From positions 1 to 27,687 of IMG/VR virus record IMGVR_UViG_3300025503_000004: DNA of 27,687 bases; one strand, given 5' to 3'. This DNA comes from a virus (lineage: Duplodnaviria > Caudoviricetes). Of this stretch, positions 16,922 to 26,000 are shown in pieces; within the stretch, counting starts at the first letter, position 1, and every line of letters starts with the position of its first letter. Below the pieces are notes generated by a model. It had not been told where the DNA came from and did no database searches. It saw only the letters and a list, made by a program, of their open reading frames with translations. The position numbers and the translations under genes were made by a program.

Positions 16922-17475
16922 AGCGGCACCACCTCCGGTACGACGATCTGCTCCCATGCCTCAAACTGAACCTCACCCACAATGAAGACCGTAGTGCCTT
17001 GCTGATCCGTGAACGGTTCCGTCTGCTGGTGGACTACGCCTGCGGAATACTCGCCTGCCGACCAGATGGCGCTCGGGTTGGCGAAGACCGGAGAGTTGAG
17101 GGTGGGGTTGGCACGGATGAGGGGGACGATGGCGTCCACGATGGTGTCGTAGCTCTGCTGCGCAGTCAAAGGGTTTCCCGAGCGCGATGCGAAGAAGATC
17201 TCGATCACCACCGGATGGATGTTCATGTCGTAGTTGGCCGTCCGACCCGCAAGGGCGATGCGGTTGCGTCGATCCGGGCCGACCAGGTTCACCACCAGCA
17301 CAGCCGCGTCGCCGGTGGTGTTGCCCGCGTAGGCGTTCGCAGCGTTGACCTCGTAGTCCTGCTCGAAGATGTAGGTGCGGCCCGGGTAGACCTGCCCAAC
17401 CAGGGGAATGATCCCCTGGTTGACCGCGTAGGTCAGGAAGTCCGTGACAGCCTTGCGAACGATTGCCTGGCCCAT
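16918..17475 (-). CDS. Putative tail terminator / neck protein
   Basis: Position between the adaptor and the tail tube; D.IV..IRANPTL motif; TAATG coupling. Confidence 0.6.
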   Translation of the reverse strand: MGQAIVRKAVTDFLTYAVNQGIIPLVGQVYPGRTYIFEQDYEVNAANAYAGNTTGDAAVLVVNLVGPDRRNRIALAGRTANYDMNIHPVVIEIFFASRSGNPLTAQQSYDTIVDAIVPLIRANPTLNSPVFANPSAIWSAGEYSAGVVHQQTEPFTDQQGTTVFIVGEVQFEAWEQIVVPEVVPL

Positions 17476-18473
17476 TATCGCAGGTACACCCTTCGGTACG
17501 GCGCGATCAGCTTCATTGCGTAGTGGAAGTCCCCTAGCACGCCAGCCAACCCCATCGCTTCCTCGCCGGGGCGAGCCCCCGGCGTCATGGGAAGCGTCAT
17601 GGCGCGGTAGCCCTGCGTCTTGAGCAGGACGTTGGTGAGCAGGATGGTCGCTTCCTCAATGGAGTACGGGATGGCGGTCACGGGGATGAAATCAGGCCAG
17701 CCAGGGACCGCATGGGAGAACTGCAAGGGGGATTGCAAGATGAGGATGTTGCCCTGCACCTGCGTCACCACCACACTCTCCGTGTTCGCTCCGTCACGGA
17801 TGTACAGCTCCATCGGCACGGTGAAGGCATCGAGGCCGACCACCTCGGAGTTGCCAAGGTCGGTGTAAGCCACCTGGATCGTCGTCGCACCCGCAGTTGC
17901 GTTGGCGGTCAGGTAGGTGTGCGGGAACCCGGCAACGTACTGCACGGTCATGTACACGTCGCCGTTGGTCTGGGCAACGTTCCATTGCCAGGCGGTGGGG
18001 GCGAAGGGGCCGGTCACGTTGATGGGGAAACCTGCGGGCAAGTGAATGAGCACGTCGTCGATGGAGATCATCTCTGCGAACGACGGGGAGATGTCGGCCT
18101 GCTGCCCCGGCGTTGGCCCAAGGGCAACGCCGAGAACTTCGAGTACCGGCTTCACATTGGCGATGAAGTCGATGTTGCCAAGCGGCTTGATCTTGGTCCA
18201 GGCCGACTCGGTGCGCACGTGGGCAGCGAGGGACGCTACCTCCCCAAAGAAGCACTCGTCGTCGATCCACGTCGAGGCTCGGTGGAGCACCTGGGCCAAG
18301 GACGCAATGTTGGTAGAACCGTTCGGGTTGGCCCCCTGCACAAGCAGGCTGGTGGCTAAGCCCGTAGGAGCGAACTGGTACTCACCAGGCGAGATGTAAG
18401 GGAGCTGCCGCTTCCACGTGACCGCAGGGGTGGTGACTACGGGGGTACTGAAGCGCTGCGGCACATACGGCAT
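17475..18473 (-). CDS. Head-tail adaptor / connector with inserted domain
   Basis: YISP.EY, LHRASTWIDDEC, VQYVAGF, IPYSIEEATILL and LIAPYRR are adaptor-type motifs. Confidence 0.75.
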   Translation of the reverse strand: MPYVPQRFSTPVVTTPAVTWKRQLPYISPGEYQFAPTGLATSLLVQGANPNGSTNIASLAQVLHRASTWIDDECFFGEVASLAAHVRTESAWTKIKPLGNIDFIANVKPVLEVLGVALGPTPGQQADISPSFAEMISIDDVLIHLPAGFPINVTGPFAPTAWQWNVAQTNGDVYMTVQYVAGFPHTYLTANATAGATTIQVAYTDLGNSEVVGLDAFTVPMELYIRDGANTESVVVTQVQGNILILQSPLQFSHAVPGWPDFIPVTAIPYSIEEATILLTNVLLKTQGYRAMTLPMTPGARPGEEAMGLAGVLGDFHYAMKLIAPYRRVYLR

Positions 18474-18475
18474 GG

Positions 18476-18826
18476 CTAGGTAGCCCGCTTCCTCGTCGTG
18501 GTGGTGCGCTTGCGTGCTGGAGCCTCTGGCTCGGCGCTGGCCTCGGGCTTAGCGCTTGTCTCGATGATGGGAAGGTTGGTAACTGGAGCAGGCCCCCTGA
18601 ACCATCGTCCCCCTGCCACGTCATGGGTCAGCAGGAACTCTGCCAGGTCTTCAGGCACCCCGTAAAAGGTTCCCGCGCTGTCGGCTTTGTAGGTGTGGCC
18701 GTTGTAGGTAACGGCCTGGAGAGGCGAAGGGGAGAACACTTCCTGTAGGCGCGTCACTACGCGCCCGTCAGGGAGCGTAAGAGGGAACTCGCCGATAGTG
18801 ACCAGTCGGTGGTGAACCGCTGCCAT
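18476..18826 (-). CDS. Hypothetical protein after the capsid gene (116 aa)
   Basis: GGGAGG SD before ATG 18826; low-complexity basic tail. Confidence 0.7.
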   Translation of the reverse strand: MAAVHHRLVTIGEFPLTLPDGRVVTRLQEVFSPSPLQAVTYNGHTYKADSAGTFYGVPEDLAEFLLTHDVAGGRWFRGPAPVTNLPIIETSAKPEASAEPEAPARKRTTTTRKRAT

Positions 18827-18854
18827 GTGTCCTCCCCTTGCCTCATGTCGCGGG

Positions 18855-20375
18855 TCAGGCGACGTTTGCGACCACGGCCTGGGCCACGGGTGCCCGGTTG
18901 ACCAGCGTCTCCATCGACCTGATCTCAAAGTCGTACCGGGGGCCGCCGCCCAAGGTACCGGGCTGGTAGTTGGCCGCGTAGTCGAACCGCATGGTGTCGT
19001 ACTGGCACCTCACCTCAAACACCGTTCCGATGTTCGAGCCTGGGAACGGCACGCGGTCGGTGCGGGCGATGATCGTCCCCGGCGGGACGTGAGGATGAAC
19101 CTCAATCATCACCGGCACACCACCCGCAGCCCTGTTGATGTACCGCCCGATGTAGCCGCCACCGGCCAGGTTGGTCCTAGCGTCAGCGTCAGTCGGGGGC
19201 AGGAAGGTCAGGGCTGCCGACGTGGACAGGATCAGCTCAGAGATTTCCTGCGCCTGGTAGCTGTTCACCATGTACGCCGTAGGAGAGAGCTGGACGTTAT
19301 TCCAGATCGCCTCGTTGATGGTGTCCAGGACGTTGATCCCCGATCCCTGGAGCTGAAGCGGCTGCCCACCACCGTCAATGAACACTGCACCGGAAGGCGT
19401 GCCCTGACCTGGCGTGACGGCACCCAACGCCCCGTAGTCGCCCAGCGTCGAGGCAATCACTCCGTTGTAGTAGTTGCTCCCGCTGTAGGACGTGTCGGTG
19501 GTAGGAGGCATGCCGTTGCCCGGAACCGGCGGCTGCGCCAATGGGTTGACTCCCTCACCTGGAGCAAGCTGGCTAATCAGCGGCAGGTTCGGGAGGGGCT
19601 GCGCCGCAGTAGGGATTGACGTGATGGTCACGGTGCCGAGCGTGGTGGTGGTGTAGTAGTACATGCTCGTCGCCGAGCTGCCCACGTACACGTCGTAGGC
19701 CACCGCGCCCTTGACCGCAGCCCAGGTTGCCGTCACGGAGTTGTTGGCCCCGGTTCCGGTAGCGACCGAGACTGCACCACTGGCCGGGCCTGAACCGCCC
19801 CAGTAGTAGTTGACGCCGGAACGCGGAGCCACGGCCACGTAGGCGGTCGTCGAGGCCGGGATGCTCCCACCGCTACCCGTGGACAACGTGATCGTTCCCA
19901 TCGGGGGCAACGGCCATGCCTGGCCGTTGATGATGGCGATGTCCTGGCCGATGAAAAGTTGGTTGAGCGTCTGAAGCTCGGCCTGCGCCAGCGCGTCCGT
20001 GTAGTTGCGGGCGATGGCGATGGCATCCAGCGTCACCCGACCGGCGTATGCCAGCGGAACGTACTTGGCGTATACGTCCTGCTCTTTCAGGAGCGCCAAA
20101 GCACCTGCGTAGTCGGGACCGACCGCAGGGGCGGGCTGGGACGAGTTGGCATTCAGCCAGGTACGCCACAAGGCCACTTGGCTACCCTCACCCGCGATCA
20201 CACGGGGGAAGGCAGAAGTGTTATTCCTCGCCGGAACGTTGACGGGGACAAGGGACGTGTAAGGTCCCAGGTCAACGCCCTGAACGCCGGTCGAGTAGTA
20301 CAGACCAGCAGTTTGGGCCTTCTTGACGATCTCCATCGTCTCCTGGGTCAGGAGATCGAGGTTCGTGCTAGGCAT
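18855..20375 (-). CDS. Major capsid protein with an FN3/Ig-like insertion (506 aa)
   Basis: Follows the protease and scaffold genes. AAAGGAG SD. HK97-fold-like C-terminus (PTAYMVN, IEVHPHVPPGTII, ETLVNRAPVAQAVVANV). Confidence 0.85.
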   Translation of the reverse strand: MPSTNLDLLTQETMEIVKKAQTAGLYYSTGVQGVDLGPYTSLVPVNVPARNNTSAFPRVIAGEGSQVALWRTWLNANSSQPAPAVGPDYAGALALLKEQDVYAKYVPLAYAGRVTLDAIAIARNYTDALAQAELQTLNQLFIGQDIAIINGQAWPLPPMGTITLSTGSGGSIPASTTAYVAVAPRSGVNYYWGGSGPASGAVSVATGTGANNSVTATWAAVKGAVAYDVYVGSSATSMYYYTTTTLGTVTITSIPTAAQPLPNLPLISQLAPGEGVNPLAQPPVPGNGMPPTTDTSYSGSNYYNGVIASTLGDYGALGAVTPGQGTPSGAVFIDGGGQPLQLQGSGINVLDTINEAIWNNVQLSPTAYMVNSYQAQEISELILSTSAALTFLPPTDADARTNLAGGGYIGRYINRAAGGVPVMIEVHPHVPPGTIIARTDRVPFPGSNIGTVFEVRCQYDTMRFDYAANYQPGTLGGGPRYDFEIRSMETLVNRAPVAQAVVANVA

Positions 20376-22109
20376 TTAGATTTCTCCTTTCAAATGCCCC
20401 AACTTGAGCCGTTGCAGCGTTAGATCACGGCTGATCTGGTCACGCATGACCGGATCGTTGGTAGCTGCGAGCTTGGCTTCCAGCTCCTGTGCCTTCGCCA
20501 GAACCGTTGCAAACTCGTCTCCCGCCTGTGCCCCGGACGCCTTGCTGAGATCAACCCCAGCCCGCAGCGTTCCGTCTAGCACTGGCCCACCGGAGCGCGG
20601 TAGTCCCTCAACGGCCTTCTGGAGCTTCTTGAGCTGCTTCGCCAAAGCCTTCTTGCTCTTTGCGATGTACTGCGGATCGACGTGCTCAGCCATCGACTCC
20701 AGGTCGTCCGCATCCTTCTCGCCCGTCACCTCGCGCTCCATCTGAGCGCCGGAGATGTTGCCGCCGTTGTTGGCAGCGTTGGCGGGCATCTGCTCGCGCA
20801 TCCCCTTGAGCTTCTTCGCAAGGGCCTTGTTCTTCTTGCGGAGCTTCTTCATCTTCTTCTTGAGCTTCGCAGTCTGCTCGTCTGCCCTCTCCTTCACCAA
20901 CTGGGCGAACTGCGCCTCGTCCAGGGTGACGACGTTCTCGTCCATCCTTACCCCTCCTGACTTCATCAGGGTACTTACTGCCTTTATAGCGCGCTCTTCG
21001 GCTTCCTGGGACTCGTGCTGCGACAAGTCCATCAGCGCTGTGAGCGCACTGGCGAGCGAGTCCTTGGCCCCGCTCAACTCGGCGGCGTCTGCCCAGTCTC
21101 CCTCATGGCCTGCCTTCGCTTCGGCAACCTCACGTTGCCGAAGGGCATGAACGGCTTCCATGATTGCAACGATACCCTGAGCCGCCCGCTGTAGCGACGC
21201 CGCGTCTTGACGTTCCCATGCAGGGCTTCCCACGTTCTCGGAACCGTTCTCTACTGCATTGGGCACCACCTTGATCGAGGAAGCCTTCGCGATCCGCACC
21301 TTCTCCGGCTTCTGCGGAGGCCACAACAGAGGCCGCTTGTGGTCGTTGATCTTGACCTCGGCGGGGATGCGGTACAGCGTACGGCCGCCCTCAAAGAACG
21401 ACGGATCGGGAGTGCTGTCGATCAGCCCTGCGGTTTCCGGCCCCTTGAGCCCCGACTTGCCCGACTCGAACGCCCCTCTTACCTTCGGGGTCTTGAGCGA
21501 GAACGACGGGACACCAGGAGATTTGCGCACCTTGCCCTTCTTGCTCTTCTTCTCCCCCATGTTCTCAAGCCCTTCGCTGGACACGTCGATATGGAACCGG
21601 CGGGCTGCGGCAAGCACCTTGCGGCGCGCCTTGGCCTTGGCCTCGGGGGAGTCAAACTGGGTCTGATTGAAGCGGGCGATGGCATTGCGCGTGTGCGATG
21701 GATCGTTGACGGGCAGCTTGCGCTTGCCCGACGACGAGATGTAGGCAAAGTCGGAGTCTGGCAACGCATTGCGCTCCTTGGCCCGGAGCTTCGCCTTCTC
21801 GATCACGTCCTTCGGGAAAGCGTTCAGGTACTCCTGCATCCGTAGCAACACGTCCTCGGTGAGGGTGTTGGCCTGGGCCATGTCTTCAAGGGAAGCCAGA
21901 ACGCCAGCGGCCTTCGTCACCATCTCTTCGATAGCGTCTGCCTCGGAGCTGTCGGTATCAGCAGCGTGTTGCTTTTCGTCCTCATGTTCCTCGGTGTCTT
22001 CTGCCTTGATGAGCAGGAACGGGGTTCCGTTGGCCGGAACCTGCACACCGGACACGCGGGTGGGGTCGAGCTTCTCGATCTCGGTCAGCTCGTCCAGGTT
22101 GTCGTCCAC
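20376..22109 (-). CDS. Scaffold-like multidomain head protein: N-terminal protease-type strand motif, DUF6582-like domain, coiled coil
   Basis: RVSGVQVPANGTPFLLIK; LRAKERNALPDSDFAY...RKLPVNDPSHTRNAIARFNQ; Lys/Glu coiled coil. AGGAGG SD with GTG start. Confidence 0.75.
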   Translation of the reverse strand: MDDNLDELTEIEKLDPTRVSGVQVPANGTPFLLIKAEDTEEHEDEKQHAADTDSSEADAIEEMVTKAAGVLASLEDMAQANTLTEDVLLRMQEYLNAFPKDVIEKAKLRAKERNALPDSDFAYISSSGKRKLPVNDPSHTRNAIARFNQTQFDSPEAKAKARRKVLAAARRFHIDVSSEGLENMGEKKSKKGKVRKSPGVPSFSLKTPKVRGAFESGKSGLKGPETAGLIDSTPDPSFFEGGRTLYRIPAEVKINDHKRPLLWPPQKPEKVRIAKASSIKVVPNAVENGSENVGSPAWERQDAASLQRAAQGIVAIMEAVHALRQREVAEAKAGHEGDWADAAELSGAKDSLASALTALMDLSQHESQEAEERAIKAVSTLMKSGGVRMDENVVTLDEAQFAQLVKERADEQTAKLKKKMKKLRKKNKALAKKLKGMREQMPANAANNGGNISGAQMEREVTGEKDADDLESMAEHVDPQYIAKSKKALAKQLKKLQKAVEGLPRSGGPVLDGTLRAGVDLSKASGAQAGDEFATVLAKAQELEAKLAATNDPVMRDQISRDLTLQRLKLGHLKGEI

Positions 22110-22112
22110 TTG

Positions 22113-22733
22113 CTACCTCCTAAGTGCAGCCAAGGTTTCGGGGGCGGGGCGGCGACGCTTCGCCGTCCCCTCGGGGGACCACCCTCGGATCACCCCTGCC
22201 TTTACCCACGGCCACGTCAACTCGTCCCAGATCACGCCCAACAGCCAGTCCCCGTTGCGGATCGTCACCTGTGACTTGTCCACGGGGCTCTTGACCGTCC
22301 AGTCCGGCCCCCGGTAGATGTAGCTCTCCACAACGGTGGCGTGGCCTGTGGTGCCGTCTTGGTGGTGGATGTTGATCTCCCTATGCTGTGCCATCCATTC
22401 CCACGCGGCCTGTTCTAGCACTTCGGGAGTTACGAAATCGCGATAGCCATCAGAAGCCTTGCCTACGTCAGGCCTCAAGGCAGGGTAGGCCAAGCCAAGC
22501 GTGTAACGCTTCTCGTCGGCTGCCTTGGCAACCCGTACTCGGATGTTCTGCTTGACCGCCCGCGCAGGGTCCTGCTTTTCGGAACCCGAGGCCAAGCCAT
22601 TAAGGATGTTGCGGGCAGCATCGGCCAGGGTGAGATGAGCCGCCGCCGCAGCCGAGGCAAGGTCAATCAGGGTGATGTGCCGCGAGTCCCCGTGCCGGTC
22701 CTCGGGACGTCCACACCCGCAGCTCAGGCACAT
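22113..22733 (-). CDS. XkdF-like prohead serine protease with an N-terminal CxxCxC domain
   Basis: RYTLGLAYPA, D.V..EVLEQAAW, H...G..VVESYI, GDWLLGV.W and W..VK.G..RGWSPEG. Confidence 0.85.
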   Translation of the reverse strand: MCLSCGCGRPEDRHGDSRHITLIDLASAAAAAHLTLADAARNILNGLASGSEKQDPARAVKQNIRVRVAKAADEKRYTLGLAYPALRPDVGKASDGYRDFVTPEVLEQAAWEWMAQHREINIHHQDGTTGHATVVESYIYRGPDWTVKSPVDKSQVTIRNGDWLLGVIWDELTWPWVKAGVIRGWSPEGTAKRRRPAPETLAALRR

Positions 22734-23092
22734 TAGGTTTGCCTCGCCAGTACGCGCATTGCCATCAAGCCCGCCTTCTGTGCTGCCTTGCAGTTTCCCT
22801 TGTCATTATCTACTAGCACGTGCGCTCCAACCTGGCGCATGTATTCGACCTTCTGTCGGGCTACGTCGTTGTCGGGCTGAGCGACGACGGCGAGCTTGTC
22901 GTAGCAGTGGGCCACGTTGAGGGCCTGGAGTAATGCTTGCTTGTCGCGGATCACGCTGTTCGTCACCTGCTCGCCCTTCCAACCGGAAAGAACATGGACT
23001 TCGTGCCCGTCGGCTCTGAGGGCGCACATGAGGGCACGGCAGTAGGACGGCCACTCGGTGATCGTTCCGTCTAGATCGAAGCACCAGATCAT
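22733..23092 (-). CDS. Capless HAD-superfamily phosphatase (119 aa)
   Basis: ATG 23092 overlaps the portal TGA. Motif I FDLDGT, motif II LSG, motif III K, motif IV VDND. Confidence 0.85.
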   Translation of the reverse strand: MIWCFDLDGTITEWPSYCRALMCALRADGHEVHVLSGWKGEQVTNSVIRDKQALLQALNVAHCYDKLAVVAQPDNDVARQKVEYMRQVGAHVLVDNDKGNCKAAQKAGLMAMRVLARQT

Positions 23093-26000
23093 TGTCCGTC
23101 CTCGCTGACAGGTCGCACCACGATACTGCACCGGCAGTTGGGGTGGACTGGCGGCGATCCATTGGGCCAGTCCTCGGAAGGCGTGATGGGGGACGCGGCG
23201 GCGTTCTCCAGGCATCGGTCACATGCCCCTGGCATGTGAACCCACACCAGCTCCACGTCTTGTGACGTGGACTCGGCCTGCCTGCGCTTGGCCGCGTTGT
23301 ACGCCCGCATCCACTCAGTCTTGATGATCTCCACGGCCCGGGCCTTGGAGCGGATGGTGCGGGCCACGTCTGCCAGGATGTCGGTGAACGACTTCTTCTC
23401 CGTGATGTCGCGGTCGATCACCAGCAGGACGCGCTTGAGCAGGGACTGGGCGATCTCATTGGCCCACTGGTCGGCCAGGTTCTCGTAGTATTCCTTAGCT
23501 TCGTAGGGATCGGTGTTCGCTGCTTGGGCAGCATCCGCGTAGATGTCGGCCAGGGTGCGCTTCAACAGGGCGGTGTTCAGGTAGGAGCCCCAGAGGATCG
23601 AGGCTGCACCTGCGATCATGCCTGCGGAGTGCAGCAGTCCTCCCATGGCAGGAGGGATGGTGCTCATGCCCGCCACCCCTGGGGCAGCGCCGAGCGCTGC
23701 TCCCCCTGCCATGATCGCCGCGTTGTGCCTACGGACAGTCTGAGTCGAGGGCTGGTTTGGCATCGTGACGGTCTGCTTGCGTACCGGGTTCGCGGCCCGC
23801 CGGATGGTTCTGCGGATGGCACTCTGCGACAAGACGCTCTCCATCGCTGCTATTACACGATCCAGGTAGTCGTCAACAGGAATCGCTTCAGACTTGAGCA
23901 GAGGATCGATGAGGGCTAGCTGTTCCTGGAGCTTGTCTCGTACCTCGGGGTCCGTCAGGTCTTCCAAGTCCCACCACCCGACGTTTGATACCTCGTCGGG
24001 TTGCGGACGAAGCGTCAGGTCGGCCTCGTGAGGGATACGCACGACAAAGCCCTGGTAGCCAGCGTCTTCGTCATACCAGGAGCCAAGCGGCTCAATGTCG
24101 GCGGGGAGCTGAGCGCCAGTCTCTTCGCTCCACTCCCGTAGGGCTCCATCCCAAGCCGTGGGATCGGGATCGCCCCCGTCTTTGCCGTTGCCGTCAATGT
24201 GGCCGCCCGGCAGCTCCCACCTAGCCCGTGCGGAGTCGTCGTCGTGCTTGTCGGGGAGGCGCTGGATGAGCAGGACGCGGCCCGTGTCAGCCGCTTGGAC
24301 GAGAATGCCAGCCAAGGAGGGCTTGTCGTCTTCCTTGGTGAGCCTGCCTAGAGGGTCAATGAATGCCTCGCGCACTTCCTCCACGGTCCGCGCTTTGGCA
24401 AGGCGCGGCCAGATGGCATTGTGGAGAACAGGCAGGATGTCGGGGAAGTCCTTGGTGGGCCGACCATCCTTGACGCGCTTGATGTTGACACGTCGCCACA
24501 ACGCCATGTCCTGGAGGGCCTTGGTTGCGATGTCGAAGGCATCGCGCCTCTCTACTTCGTTCATGTGTTCGCGCAAGCGCTCCTGGAACTGCTTGTTGCC
24601 CTGTTCCTCGGCGGCCTCGTCTGCCTCGTCCTCATCGCCGATCAAGTCCACCCCCTGCATGTTCGTGTCGTAGCTCATGCCGAACGTGCCGGTCTGGACT
24701 TCCTTGCGGGCTCCCTTCGTCTTGGTCTTGGGCTTCGGCTTTGGCCCGGAACCCCCTGGGTCATCGTCAGGGTCGATGGGCTCGGGAGCGACGTAGTGGG
24801 TAGACACGGTGCCGTCTGCCTGCACCACGGCATGGGGAGCCTGGTCGGACGTGTTGGCAATAATCAAGTTGTCTTGCAACGCAGCGGTGGCGTTCTCGGC
24901 TGCTCGAGCTGCTTTGGAGCCGATCACCGGAGCTACGCCCGGGGCAGCGACGAAGGGATGGGGCGGGACAGGCTGATCCTTGGCGGGGCCGAACGTGGTG
25001 GGGTCAACCTTGCCTGCCAGGGACTCCAGGGCGAGCAAGGGGATCGGGCCTGTTCTTGAGTTGTTGACGGCCCTTGGCGTTGGCCGCTCGCGGGAGACTC
25101 GATACCCGAGCTGCATCCGCACCTCGTCCGGGCTGATCACGCCTGTGTCGATCAGTATCTTGTTGGCCTGGGCGATCTCCAAGCGATGCTGAGTGCCTTG
25201 GCCCGTGTCGAACTGGATACGCGCCTTGAGCTTGAGGTGATGGGCGATGAAGGCGTTGATAACGTCCTCGACGTGGCGCACGATAGGCAACGTGCCGATA
25301 CGAAACTGCACGTCAACCTGGATTTCGCCAGTGGAGCGGTTCACGTCGTCGGTGAAGCCCAGGTCGTTGGGAACCACCCCGAACGCTGCTGCGGTGCAGC
25401 GCATCAGGTACAGGGGAAACTCGGGGTCGAACTTCTGCTCCTTGATGGCCGTGAACCGGGCTCCTGCCGGAACCCAGCGGACCTGATGGAGTTTTGACTG
25501 GTCGCCGTACATGACGGCATCCCAGACCTTCTGCCATTCCCTGATCTGGGCGGGGTCACTCTGGTCCGGCGGGGCTTCCATGAAGCCCGCCGGGATGGTG
25601 CCTTCCGTGAAATACTGGAGAAAGAACCATTGGAACCGAATATCCGTGTTGGCCTGGAGCAAGACGGCTTCCATCGGGGCTAGGCCGTACTGAGACTCGG
25701 GCAAGGGGTTGAGGCGCTGGTAGATGATGTCGTCCTTTGCCAGCCACACCCACGGCATCCCCTCGATGACCTGCAAGTAGGCAGGCACGGTCTTGCCGTC
25801 CCACTGACCACCCAGCTCACGTATCTTGGTGGCGGTTTCGCTGGTGGGTTGGTCGGTAGGGGTGCGGCCCCAGAAGTCCACCAGGGGAATGATGGTCGTG
25901 CCGTCCACCACTTCCAAGGCCACGGGCTGCCCCTTGTAGCCCCTGCGGATGTAGAGGGTTCCGGCGTCGTAGCGCAGTACGTCTTGCAGGTACTCGGCTA

